A stretch of 64,000 nucleotides of DNA from an archaeon (GTDB lineage Archaea; Hydrothermarchaeota; Hydrothermarchaeia; JALTZZ01). The stretch spans positions 5,556-69,555 of the forward strand of contig JALTZZ010000011.1 of NCBI GenBank assembly GCA_027051165.1. Reading direction: 5' to 3'. A program made the translations under genes and the position numbers. The notes beneath the pieces are model-generated. The model was given only the letters and a program-made list of their open reading frames with translations. It was not told the DNA's origin and ran no database searches. Of the stretch, positions 56,021-64,000 are shown piece after piece. Each line of letters begins with the position of its first letter. The stretch's first letter is position 1.

Positions 56021-56932
56021 ATGAATCTTGGTATTGATATTGGCGGAACAAACATAAAATTTGGATTTGTAGAAGGAAAAAAAGTTAAAAAAAAGAAAAT
56101 TATAAGAGCTAAAAAAGGAGAAATACTTTCCACAGTTAAAGATTTTATCCTAAAAAATAAGGATAGATTTGATAAAGTTGGATTGGCTGTTGCTGGCTTT
56201 CTTAAAAAGAATGGTGAAGTTGTATTTTCTCCAAACGTTAGAGAGCTTGACGGAACAAACTTTAAAGAGGAGCTTGGTGATGTTGGAAAAGAAATTCACG
56301 TTATAAACGATGTCAATGCAATGGCACTCTGCGAGCTTAAGTATGGATACGGAAAAAAATTTAGGAATTTCGTTGTCATAGCAATAGGAACCGGCGTTGG
56401 TGGTGCCATAGTTCTCGATCGCAAGCTGTATCTTGGCAGCATGGGATTTGCGGGTGAAATAGGGCATGCAGTTGTTGATATTAATGGGAGAACATGCAAA
56501 TGCGGGAGAAAAGGATGTTTAGAAACTTTCTTAGGAAGAAAATATATCCTCGAACTTTCAAAGAATATTATAGACAGAAGCTCCTCACTCTATGGAAAAG
56601 ATTATGATGTTGTCGATATATATCGAGAGGCAAAGAAAGGGGATAAATGTGCCTTGAAGGTATTCGATATTGTCGCAAGATATCTCGCAGTTGGAATAGT
56701 AAATGTTTTAAACATTTTGGACATAGATGGTGTCGTTCTTTCTGGCGGGATCTCAAACGAGATCTTATTGAGATGCCTCAGAATGCACTTGAAGGATGAA
56801 AAAATCGTTCCTAAAAACTTGGAAGTCAGAATAAGCAGATTTAGGAACAATGCTGGCATAATAGGGGCTTCAATATATGCAGATATGAGGAACAAGTCTT
56901 TAAAGTCATTAGATAATCTATCATTTTTATAA
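56021..56932 (+). CDS. ROK-family sugar kinase/regulator
   Basis: LGIDIGGTNIKFG; zinc motif CKCGRKGCLE. Confidence 0.75.
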   Translation: MNLGIDIGGTNIKFGFVEGKKVKKKKIIRAKKGEILSTVKDFILKNKDRFDKVGLAVAGFLKKNGEVVFSPNVRELDGTNFKEELGDVGKEIHVINDVNAMALCELKYGYGKKFRNFVVIAIGTGVGGAIVLDRKLYLGSMGFAGEIGHAVVDINGRTCKCGRKGCLETFLGRKYILELSKNIIDRSSSLYGKDYDVVDIYREAKKGDKCALKVFDIVARYLAVGIVNVLNILDIDGVVLSGGISNEILLRCLRMHLKDEKIVPKNLEVRISRFRNNAGIIGASIYADMRNKSLKSLDNLSFL

Positions 56933-57044
56933 ATTATGTTTCTTAACTTTTACTCATGACTTCCGAAAATTATTTATATTTCATAAGGTCATTCTTATAA
57001 AAGTAAACTCATATCTCCCACCCCGCAGCATATAAAATATTTGG

Positions 57045-57638
57045 GTGTTGTCTATGAACAGAAGGTTTAAGCTTGATGATAAGGATAGGATGATAATATC
57101 TCTTTTATCTAAAAATCCAGAAATGAGTCAGAGTGATATAGCGAGAGTTGTTGGTATAAGTCAGCCTTCCGTTGGCATAAGACTCAAGAGGCTTCAAAAA
57201 GAGGGAACGATATCTATTGTCGCAGGAATAGATTTTAAAAAAATAAAGCTATATTTAGCTAAGGTTGAAATGGAGGCTAAAAATACTGTAGAAATAATAG
57301 AGAAATTTAAAAACTGTCCATACTTCGTTAATGCCTTTATAACATCTGGAAAGAAAAATCTGTGCATATTCTTCATGAGCGAAGATATAGCAACATTAGA
57401 TGCTCTTGTTGATAGAAATCTGAGAGGAAATCCGAATATAAAGAACGTTGAGATGAATCTCGTTGTTACACCGATATCAAGCTTCGTTCTGCCGATTAAA
57501 ATGAAGATAGAGAAGAGGGACGTTGCACCTTGTAATTTAGGCGTTGACTGCAGAGAATGCATATACTATAAGGAGCATAGATGCTTAGGTTGCCCCGCAC
57601 TTGGGCATTATAGGGGAAACTTCTGGAAGGTTGAATAG
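57045..57638 (+). CDS. Lrp/AsnC-type HTH regulator with Cys-rich C-terminal domain
   Basis: MIISLLSKNPEMSQSDIARVVGISQPSVGIRLKRL; C-terminal CNLGVDCRECIYYKEHRCLGC. Confidence 0.55.
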   Translation: MLSMNRRFKLDDKDRMIISLLSKNPEMSQSDIARVVGISQPSVGIRLKRLQKEGTISIVAGIDFKKIKLYLAKVEMEAKNTVEIIEKFKNCPYFVNAFITSGKKNLCIFFMSEDIATLDALVDRNLRGNPNIKNVEMNLVVTPISSFVLPIKMKIEKRDVAPCNLGVDCRECIYYKEHRCLGCPALGHYRGNFWKVE

Positions 57639-58391
57639 CTAATCTGAAGATAGATCCTCGCCAGCGTAGAACGTCTGCTGAACAGCGTTATATAGGTCTT
57701 CCATGCCAAAGTTTTCCTGTGCGGAAACTGGGGTAATATTTCTATAAAGCTCCATTGATTCAAGAACTCTAAATATTTCCATATCAACCTGCTTATTCTC
57801 CATATTAAGATCATCGTAAAGTGAAAATGGATCGCTGCTCCATGAGATTATTTTTTCAAGCTCCTCTTCACTCAAAAGATCAACCTTGCTAAGTATATTT
57901 ACCTGTGGCAATCCAAGCCTAAAGTATGTAGAGGCTGAGAGAAAAAGCATGCTCACATATCCGCTTGGCGTCTTAGAAATTATGGGGTCAAACAAAAAAG
58001 CTACTAATGAATTTTCTCTTCCAAGAACGTCAATTATTATCTTTCCAGATTCCCTTAGGGTAAAGAGCTCCATCTGTCCGGGGGTATCTATTAAAACGTA
58101 TTCAACGGGATACTCTTCAATAGCCTTTTTTATTTCATCAGCTTTTGTTGCTATAAGGTCTGCACATATAATCTGCGCACCGTTGGGTCCAACGTTATAC
58201 ATATCCATGACTCTGCTTATGTCTATCCATTCCCTAACATCAACTTCGCATGTATACGGTATCCTCTCCGCACCGGGATCAAGGTTCACGGTTATACAGT
58301 CCAAACCCTGCTGATTTAACCAAAGCTGGAACGCATAGGTTAGCGTTGTTTTTCCAGAACCAGCACTTCCTATGAAGTATATATTCACCAT
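57639..58391 (-). CDS. GPN-loop GTPase
   Basis: IGSAGSGKTT and VNLDPGAE (GPN motif). Confidence 0.8.
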   Translation of the reverse strand: MVNIYFIGSAGSGKTTLTYAFQLWLNQQGLDCITVNLDPGAERIPYTCEVDVREWIDISRVMDMYNVGPNGAQIICADLIATKADEIKKAIEEYPVEYVLIDTPGQMELFTLRESGKIIIDVLGRENSLVAFLFDPIISKTPSGYVSMLFLSASTYFRLGLPQVNILSKVDLLSEEELEKIISWSSDPFSLYDDLNMENKQVDMEIFRVLESMELYRNITPVSAQENFGMEDLYNAVQQTFYAGEDLSSD

Positions 58392-58425
58392 AGTTTTTTA
58401 ATAAGTAGATTTAACTTTAAAAATT

Positions 58426-59013
58426 ATGAACATATACTTTGGAGAATATGAGTTTAAAGTCTTTGCAAAAGTATATAAGCCAGCGGAAGATTCCTTCATG
58501 CTTGCTGAAAACTTAGAGATAAAAGCCAACGATAAAGTTCTTGACATGGGAACGGGATGCGGAATACAGGCAATAGTGGCAAGCAAAAGTGCAAAAGAGG
58601 TTCATGCATGCGACATAAATATACAAGCAGTGAGATGTGCGAGATTCAATGCAGAGAAATATGGTAGAGATATCGAGGTTTTCTGGAGCGATCTCTTCTC
58701 AAACATCCTCGAAAGCTACGATGTCATAATATTTAACCCCCCATATTTGCCGAGAGAAAGAGATGAAAAGAAGGATATCGAAACAAGAGCATGGAACGGC
58801 GGAAAAAGTGGTAGAGAGGTCTTAGATAGGTTCCTTGAAGAGGTTCCAGAGTATTTAAATAAAAATGGCAGACTATTCCTTGTTCAATCTTCATTGACAG
58901 ATTTAAATAAAACCATAGAAAAACTTAAAAATTTAAATTTTAAAATAGAAATAAAGGAAAGAAAAAGGTTTTTCTTTGAAGAACTCTATGTTATAAAAGC
59001 TGTAAAACGCTGA
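58426..59013 (+). CDS. HemK/Mtq2-like N5-glutamine (NPPY) methyltransferase
   Basis: VLDMGTGCGIQAI motif I; IIFNPPYLP motif IV. Confidence 0.7.
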   Translation: MNIYFGEYEFKVFAKVYKPAEDSFMLAENLEIKANDKVLDMGTGCGIQAIVASKSAKEVHACDINIQAVRCARFNAEKYGRDIEVFWSDLFSNILESYDVIIFNPPYLPRERDEKKDIETRAWNGGKSGREVLDRFLEEVPEYLNKNGRLFLVQSSLTDLNKTIEKLKNLNFKIEIKERKRFFFEELYVIKAVKR

Positions 59014-59062
59014 TACTTGATAAAAAAATAATATAAAAGATTAAGATATATAAACAGACAGC

Positions 59063-59701
59063 ATGCCAAAGTTCATTACAATAGTAAGGAAGGATATAAT
59101 TCAGGAGTTTAGAGATAAGCAGACATTAAATACAATGTTCCTGTTCTCATTTTTAACCGTAGTTATTTTTAGCTATTCTCTTTTCGAAGTATCTTTTGTT
59201 CCTCATCTTTTATGGATCATAATACTTTTTGCAAGCCTGCTCGGTCTTTCGAGAGCATTTTTTAAAGAAAAGGAAGTAGGAACTCTTGAAGGTCTGCTAA
59301 TTTCACCAATATCCCCTACAAGCATTCTAATAGCAAAGATAATCTACAACTTTATACTCATCCTTATAATTGAATTTTCGCTGTTCATTCTCTTTTTAAT
59401 CTTCTTTGAAGTGAATTTTGGAATCTATGGTTTTTTATTTACACTTTATGCAACTCTCGGCTTTGTTGTTGTTATTTCAGTTTTTTCATCTTTCCTTTTA
59501 AATTCAAAGGCAAAAAGCATGATGCTCCCAGTAATATCAATGCCTATAATTTTCCCACTTCTTTTAGCAAGTATTTCCGGATTGAGAAAGATTATGGACG
59601 GCAATCTTGATATCCTAAGCGAAATAAAATTAATCACATCATATATAGGTATCGTATCTGTTATTTCTATGTTAACGTTTGAGTATGTAATTGAGGATTG
59701 A
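59063..59701 (+). CDS. ccmB: Haem exporter permease CcmB
   Basis: 212 aa, 6 TM, precedes CcmC/D/E/F. Confidence 0.6.
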   Translation: MPKFITIVRKDIIQEFRDKQTLNTMFLFSFLTVVIFSYSLFEVSFVPHLLWIIILFASLLGLSRAFFKEKEVGTLEGLLISPISPTSILIAKIIYNFILILIIEFSLFILFLIFFEVNFGIYGFLFTLYATLGFVVVISVFSSFLLNSKAKSMMLPVISMPIIFPLLLASISGLRKIMDGNLDILSEIKLITSYIGIVSVISMLTFEYVIED

Positions 59702-59784
59702 CCTCCTCCGCCCTCTAAAGGGCGAGGCTTTCTTAGCGATGTTTTGTAATTTTTTTTAATTGGTTAAATTTATCTACGTATGCG

Positions 59785-60438
59785 ATGCTGCCGCTTGTAA
59801 TCCTTGTATACTTACTGGTAATCTATGGAATGTATAATGCTCTGCTTGTATTTGGACCAATAGACTTCTATGGAAAGCCTTGGGACAGCTACAGAATCGT
59901 CTTCTTCCACGTTCCCGCTGCTGTTACAAGCTATGTTGCGTTTACTGTAACCCTCATCTTCAGCATTGGATATCTTGCAAAAAGAAAGGTTACATACGAT
60001 ATTATAGCAAGTAAATCGGCAAAACTTGGGCTTATTTTTGCCACGCTTACGCTGGTAAGCGGAATAATATTCTCTAAGGAAGGCTGGGGTGCTTATTGGA
60101 ACTGGGATCCAAGGCAGACAACGATGCTCATTCTCTGGTTCGTGTATGCTGGTTATCTCGTTCTCAGAAGTGCAATTGAGAATGAGGAACAGAAGGCAAA
60201 GGTTAGTGCAGCCTATGGAATATTCGGATACGTTACTATACCGCTGACATATCTATCAACGAAGCTCTGGTTTTCCTTACATCCGACAGCAAGCAAGTTT
60301 GGATTATCTCCAGCAATGAAACCTGTTCTCGTGATAATGATAATTTCGATGATAGCTCTATATGCATACATGTTAAGGATTGAGGTTAAGTTGGAGAAGC
60401 TGGAAAGATACATAAAGGTGAGGGTATATGGGCTATGA
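59785..60438 (+). CDS. ccmC: Haem exporter CcmC
   Basis: WWD domain WGAYWNWDPRQTT. Confidence 0.75.
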   Translation: MLPLVILVYLLVIYGMYNALLVFGPIDFYGKPWDSYRIVFFHVPAAVTSYVAFTVTLIFSIGYLAKRKVTYDIIASKSAKLGLIFATLTLVSGIIFSKEGWGAYWNWDPRQTTMLILWFVYAGYLVLRSAIENEEQKAKVSAAYGIFGYVTIPLTYLSTKLWFSLHPTASKFGLSPAMKPVLVIMIISMIALYAYMLRIEVKLEKLERYIKVRVYGL

Positions 60439-60562
60439 ACCCGTGTTTGCTGTAGCCGTTCTGCTCTGGACGGGGCTTATAGTATATCTCATTACGCTCG
60501 ATATTAAATTAAGGAAACTTTCAAAACTCATAAAAGAGGTTGAAGAATATGAAAATAAGTAA
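60428..60562 (+). CDS. ccmD: CcmD-like small single-TM protein (not in ORF track)
   Basis: MGYEPVFAVAVLLWTGLIVYLITLDIKLRKLSKLIKEVEEYENK; overlaps the ccmC end and the ccmE start. Confidence 0.45.
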   Translation: MGYEPVFAVAVLLWTGLIVYLITLDIKLRKLSKLIKEVEEYENK

Positions 60563-60977
60563 GAAAAATTTTAAAATATACGTGGGAGTTGTGGTTGTAG
60601 CTCTCTTCATGCTTATAGGGTTTAGTGCACTCTTCGGATTCTTAAGCCCCACTCTAAGCGTTAGTGAAGTTTCCGAAAAATATCTTGGTAAGGTTGTTCA
60701 AGTTCATGGTTACGTTGTAAAGGAGAGTATTTCTTGGGTTCCGGGAAACTTAAACTTTACTATGACGGATGGAAAAGCGTATATAAATGTTGTATACTAT
60801 GGAACCTTGCCAGCAAACTTTCCTGTTGGGAGTGAGATAAACGAAAAGTCGAAAATTGAGGTTCTTGTTACTGGAAAGCTTGTTGATAAAAATACTATTT
60901 TAGCCAAAGGTAGTAAATCTCTGCTCGTTAAGTGTCCAAGTAAATATCAAGAAATTGAAAAAGAGGTGAAAAAGTGA
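60540..60977 (+). CDS. ccmE: Haem chaperone CcmE, archaeal CxxxY variant
   Basis: N-terminal TM, OB-fold-like, C-terminal LVKCPSKYQE (CxxxY in place of HxxxY). Confidence 0.6.
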   Translation: MKNMKISKKNFKIYVGVVVVALFMLIGFSALFGFLSPTLSVSEVSEKYLGKVVQVHGYVVKESISWVPGNLNFTMTDGKAYINVVYYGTLPANFPVGSEINEKSKIEVLVTGKLVDKNTILAKGSKSLLVKCPSKYQEIEKEVKK

Positions 60978-63076
60978 TAGGTAGTGTATTGCTCTACAGC
61001 ACATTCTTAGTGAACGTTCTTGCAATAATCTTAGTAATCTTAAACAAAAATAAAATTGCAAAATATCTCGTAAGAATTTCCTTCTTTCTCCTTGTTGCTA
61101 CAACGCTTTTGTTGGCATACTACTTCGTAACCTCCGACTTCAGATTTTTATACGTCTGGCAGTATAGCGAAAAAAACCTAAGCTTCTGGTATAAGCTCTC
61201 CGGACTATGGGCTGGGCAAGAGGGAACATACCTAATATGGGCAATTGTAGTCCTTGCCTCAGCCCTCTGGTATGCTGAAAAGTTCAACCTTGAAGATAGG
61301 GTGGCATCAACAATAGTTCTGCTCACCTCAGCTCTTTTAATAGGACTTGCTCTTCTTACAAACCCATTTAAAACGTTTCTTCAGTTCTTCGAGGAGCAGG
61401 CAAAAAACTTTGCAGTTCCGCTCAGCAACGTCATACACTTTTACGAGCAACAATATGGCATGCCTTTTATGGGCGATAGATTCCCAGACGGAAATGGACT
61501 TAATCCTCTACTTAAAGACCCTTGGATGGCAGTTCACCCACCGGTAGTTTTCATAGGATATGGAACTCTTGCTCTGCCATTTGCTATGGCTATCTCGTAT
61601 CTCTGGAGCAGATATCAAAGATGGCTCGATGTTTCACTTTTCTGGATAAGAATTTCATGGCTCTTTTTAACCCTCGGCATAGCTATAGGAGGATACTGGG
61701 CATACAAGGTTCTCGGCTGGGGAGGATTTTGGGCATGGGACCCTGTTGAAACTGCAAGCCTAATCCCGTGGCTAACTCTCACAGCCTTTCTGCATGCGTT
61801 TCACAGAAGATATGATAATCTTTCTCTCTTATTAATAAGCGTATCATACGCCTTTATATTCTATGCTACGTTTATAACAAGGAGCGGAATATGGGAGAGC
61901 GTCCATGCATTCGCAGAAACTGTCGCTGGCTTCTGGCTTGCACTTGCAATCCTAAATTCTGTGATTATTCCATCAATTTTAATAGGGGAAAGGATATTTA
62001 AAGGCTACAACGATGTCTCAAAGAAAGTTGCTTTCTCAATATTCCTATCTCAGGTAATCTTCATTACATACAGAATACTAATCCAAGACTTTTCCATGAT
62101 GAAGCTCTATGAATTTATAGCCTTAGCTGTTCTCTCCATAGGAATATTCTTAGGCGTATTGAGAAGTGATAAAATAAAAAGGGTTGCAGATGAGATTAAG
62201 AAAGAAGAAAAGAGAAAAGAATACGTTGAAATTAACATATTCTCAAGTGCTACAATGTTTACGATAACAATAATTCTATTATCAGTATTAGCTTTTGTCT
62301 CTTTTTGGGGGTTAACGCAACCAATAATCATTCAAGCATACTCTGGAGAAAAGATAAAAGTTACTCCAGAGTTCTTTAATACATGGAGCTATCCTTTTAC
62401 CTATATGCTAATTATAATTCTTGTTTTGTGCCTTTCCTACAGATACAACAAAAAACTTTCCAAGATTCTGACCGTATCATCATTTGCTTTTTCCATACTC
62501 TTAGCGTTTATTTTGAAGTCCTATGAGCTTTTAATTGTAGGAGCATCAATTTTCGCAGCTTTTGCAAGCGTTCTCGTAATGCCAAGAGGTTATATATATC
62601 TATCTCACTTAGGCGTTGCACTAATCCTTATAGGTGCAATACTAAGCACAACCCTCGACGAAGAAAAAAGAATATTCTTCAATTATGATTTTGAAAAAGG
62701 AATTGAAAAGTCTGTAAAGCCAATAAATGATAAATATGGGATTAAAATTGAAAGTATGAGGATATTTCCTAATGAAAAGGGGTACATGACAACAGAACTC
62801 CTCGTTACTATTTACAAGAACGGAAAAGAAATCGGGAGCGGGACCACAGGAATTGTGAATGATCTAAAATGGGGAAGGGTGTTTAAAGTGTATATAGAAA
62901 ACGATTTCCTTAGCTCTATCTATGTTGTATTTGAGGGAATAGGTGCCCATGGATATGAAAGCGAAGGAATAACAATACCGATAACGGTAATAATACACCC
63001 ATATGTTGTTCTTTTGTGGCTCGGTATAATACTTCTTTCCATAGGAATACTGCCGAGAATTCTAAATAAAGAATAA
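60974..63076 (+). CDS. ccmF: Cytochrome c-type biogenesis protein CcmF
   Basis: 700 aa polytopic; WWD motif WGGFWAWDPVETASLIPWL. Confidence 0.8.
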   Translation: MIGSVLLYSTFLVNVLAIILVILNKNKIAKYLVRISFFLLVATTLLLAYYFVTSDFRFLYVWQYSEKNLSFWYKLSGLWAGQEGTYLIWAIVVLASALWYAEKFNLEDRVASTIVLLTSALLIGLALLTNPFKTFLQFFEEQAKNFAVPLSNVIHFYEQQYGMPFMGDRFPDGNGLNPLLKDPWMAVHPPVVFIGYGTLALPFAMAISYLWSRYQRWLDVSLFWIRISWLFLTLGIAIGGYWAYKVLGWGGFWAWDPVETASLIPWLTLTAFLHAFHRRYDNLSLLLISVSYAFIFYATFITRSGIWESVHAFAETVAGFWLALAILNSVIIPSILIGERIFKGYNDVSKKVAFSIFLSQVIFITYRILIQDFSMMKLYEFIALAVLSIGIFLGVLRSDKIKRVADEIKKEEKRKEYVEINIFSSATMFTITIILLSVLAFVSFWGLTQPIIIQAYSGEKIKVTPEFFNTWSYPFTYMLIIILVLCLSYRYNKKLSKILTVSSFAFSILLAFILKSYELLIVGASIFAAFASVLVMPRGYIYLSHLGVALILIGAILSTTLDEEKRIFFNYDFEKGIEKSVKPINDKYGIKIESMRIFPNEKGYMTTELLVTIYKNGKEIGSGTTGIVNDLKWGRVFKVYIENDFLSSIYVVFEGIGAHGYESEGITIPITVIIHPYVVLLWLGIILLSIGILPRILNKE

Positions 63077-63482
63077 TATTTGAGATATTTTTGTCGAAAA
63101 ATTAAAAAAATCAAGCTTAAAATTTTAAAAAATTACTGAAACCCTATTATTGTTGAAAATGATTATATTAGCTCAAAACCGCTAAATTGGTAAAAAAATT
63201 TTGTTAACTATATAGGGTATTGTGTTGTAAGATATAATCCAAAAATGACGGAAATACTATATAACCCTCTTGTGGGATGAGTGATGCAAGGAGGTTAGTT
63301 TTTCTATAAAAACAAATTTTTCGAGAGAAACTATTCATTCTTATAAAAGGACGTTTGCATTAGAAACAAAGCAAAATTTTCCAGACGAAACGCAGAAAGA
63401 TTTATATAGGGGAAGGGGTATTAACCCCTTCTCCGGTGAAAAACATGAAACATCCTCTAATCCCAGATTTAAGACATTCAAC

Positions 63483-64000
63483 ATGGAGGAATTTCAAACA
63501 AATCTTTTTGACAGCAGGACTGTTAAGAAAGAGTTGGCTAAAGCTTGGATAAAATCGGTTAAGAGGGCAGCTCTAATGCTTAGAATAACGATAACAGCGA
63601 TATTCTTTGAGAGAAGCATAACAGATAGAGGAGCTTAAAAGTAATGGAGAGCTCAGATTAGAGCTGCAGAGATTCCATCTGCAGACGAAATATACAGCTT
63701 CCTCAGCAGATTCAGCGAGGATCAGTTCATAAAGCTTTTATCAGTTATAAACAGGTTAAGCAAGAGGAGCTCGATAAAGCTCCTCGATACTACCGATGTA
63801 AATCTGTTCAGAGAGCAAAAAATATAAATGGGGCTATGCTGTAGGCAAGGGGTTCTATAGGGGCTACAAGCTCGCTTTAGTCGTTGAATTTCCCTCTTTA
63901 AAGTCCAAGGGATTTATCTATACGAAAGCTCGCCAAACGATTCTAAACTTTTCTTAGAAATCGTCAAAGACCTTAAGAGAAGGAGAGTTCTGAGAAAGGT
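63483..64000 (+). mobile_element. Degraded IS4/IS5-superfamily transposase gene (several frameshifts/stops), running off the window edge
   Basis: Frames read ...IPSADEIYSFLSRFSEDQFIKLLSVINRL...LLDTTDVNLF / KWGYAVGKGFYRGYKLALVVEF / NDSKLFLEIVKDLKRRRVL, DDE-transposase-like segments each in a different frame. Confidence 0.5.

Noticed and set aside
1-64000. CRISPR arrays or cas genes
   Set aside because: No series of regularly spaced direct repeats of 24-40 nt seen anywhere. The only tandem repeats are coding (PEVKPPKP, GY).

Overview
Archaeal chromosomal window, roughly 36% GC by eye, with proteins rich in K/E/I, so probably a thermophile. The A1A0-ATPase operon is in the euryarchaeal order HIKECFABD with a triplicated proteolipid. 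Euryarchaeal markers include diphthine synthase, ribosomal protein S17e, GPN-loop GTPase, DacZ-type diadenylate cyclase, Lrp/ArsR regulators, TATA-like promoters and CCA-less tRNAs. The core genome carries a complete System I cytochrome c maturation cluster (CcmBCDEF), a ZnuABC transporter and the ATPase operon. Two accessory regions stand out. The first is a ~15.4 kb island at 3.4-18.8 kb. It is bounded by a 41-nt direct repeat of the 3' part of tRNA-Gln, one copy at the intact tRNA. It carries a Tat-exported molybdopterin oxidoreductase (catalytic subunit, 4Fe-4S subunit and a lipoprotein-like dihaem cytochrome c) with dedicated maturation genes (TatA, FmdE-like, MoeA, TorD-like). Next to it lies an arsenic-resistance-like cluster (ArsR with a CxC motif, ACR3, ArsD-like, thioredoxins) and a frameshifted VapBC. 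This is a candidate arsenate-respiration (Arr-like) island. The second is a ~11 kb plasmid/provirus-like element at 44.0-54.4 kb, ending directly at tRNA-Leu(CAG). It encodes an HUH rolling-circle Rep with motifs I-III, winged-helix and Zn-ribbon proteins, an RHH protein and a tightly overlapping 10-gene operon. The operon contains three signal-peptide proteins with a Pro-rich linker, C-terminal TM anchor and basic tail, plus small membrane proteins, a P-loop NTPase and a membrane-anchored trypsin-like protease. No integrase, capsid gene or CRISPR array was recognised. This second element is the best candidate for an undescribed system in the window, possibly a pleomorphic-virus-like provirus or integrated plasmid. 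A degraded IS transposase runs off the right edge.
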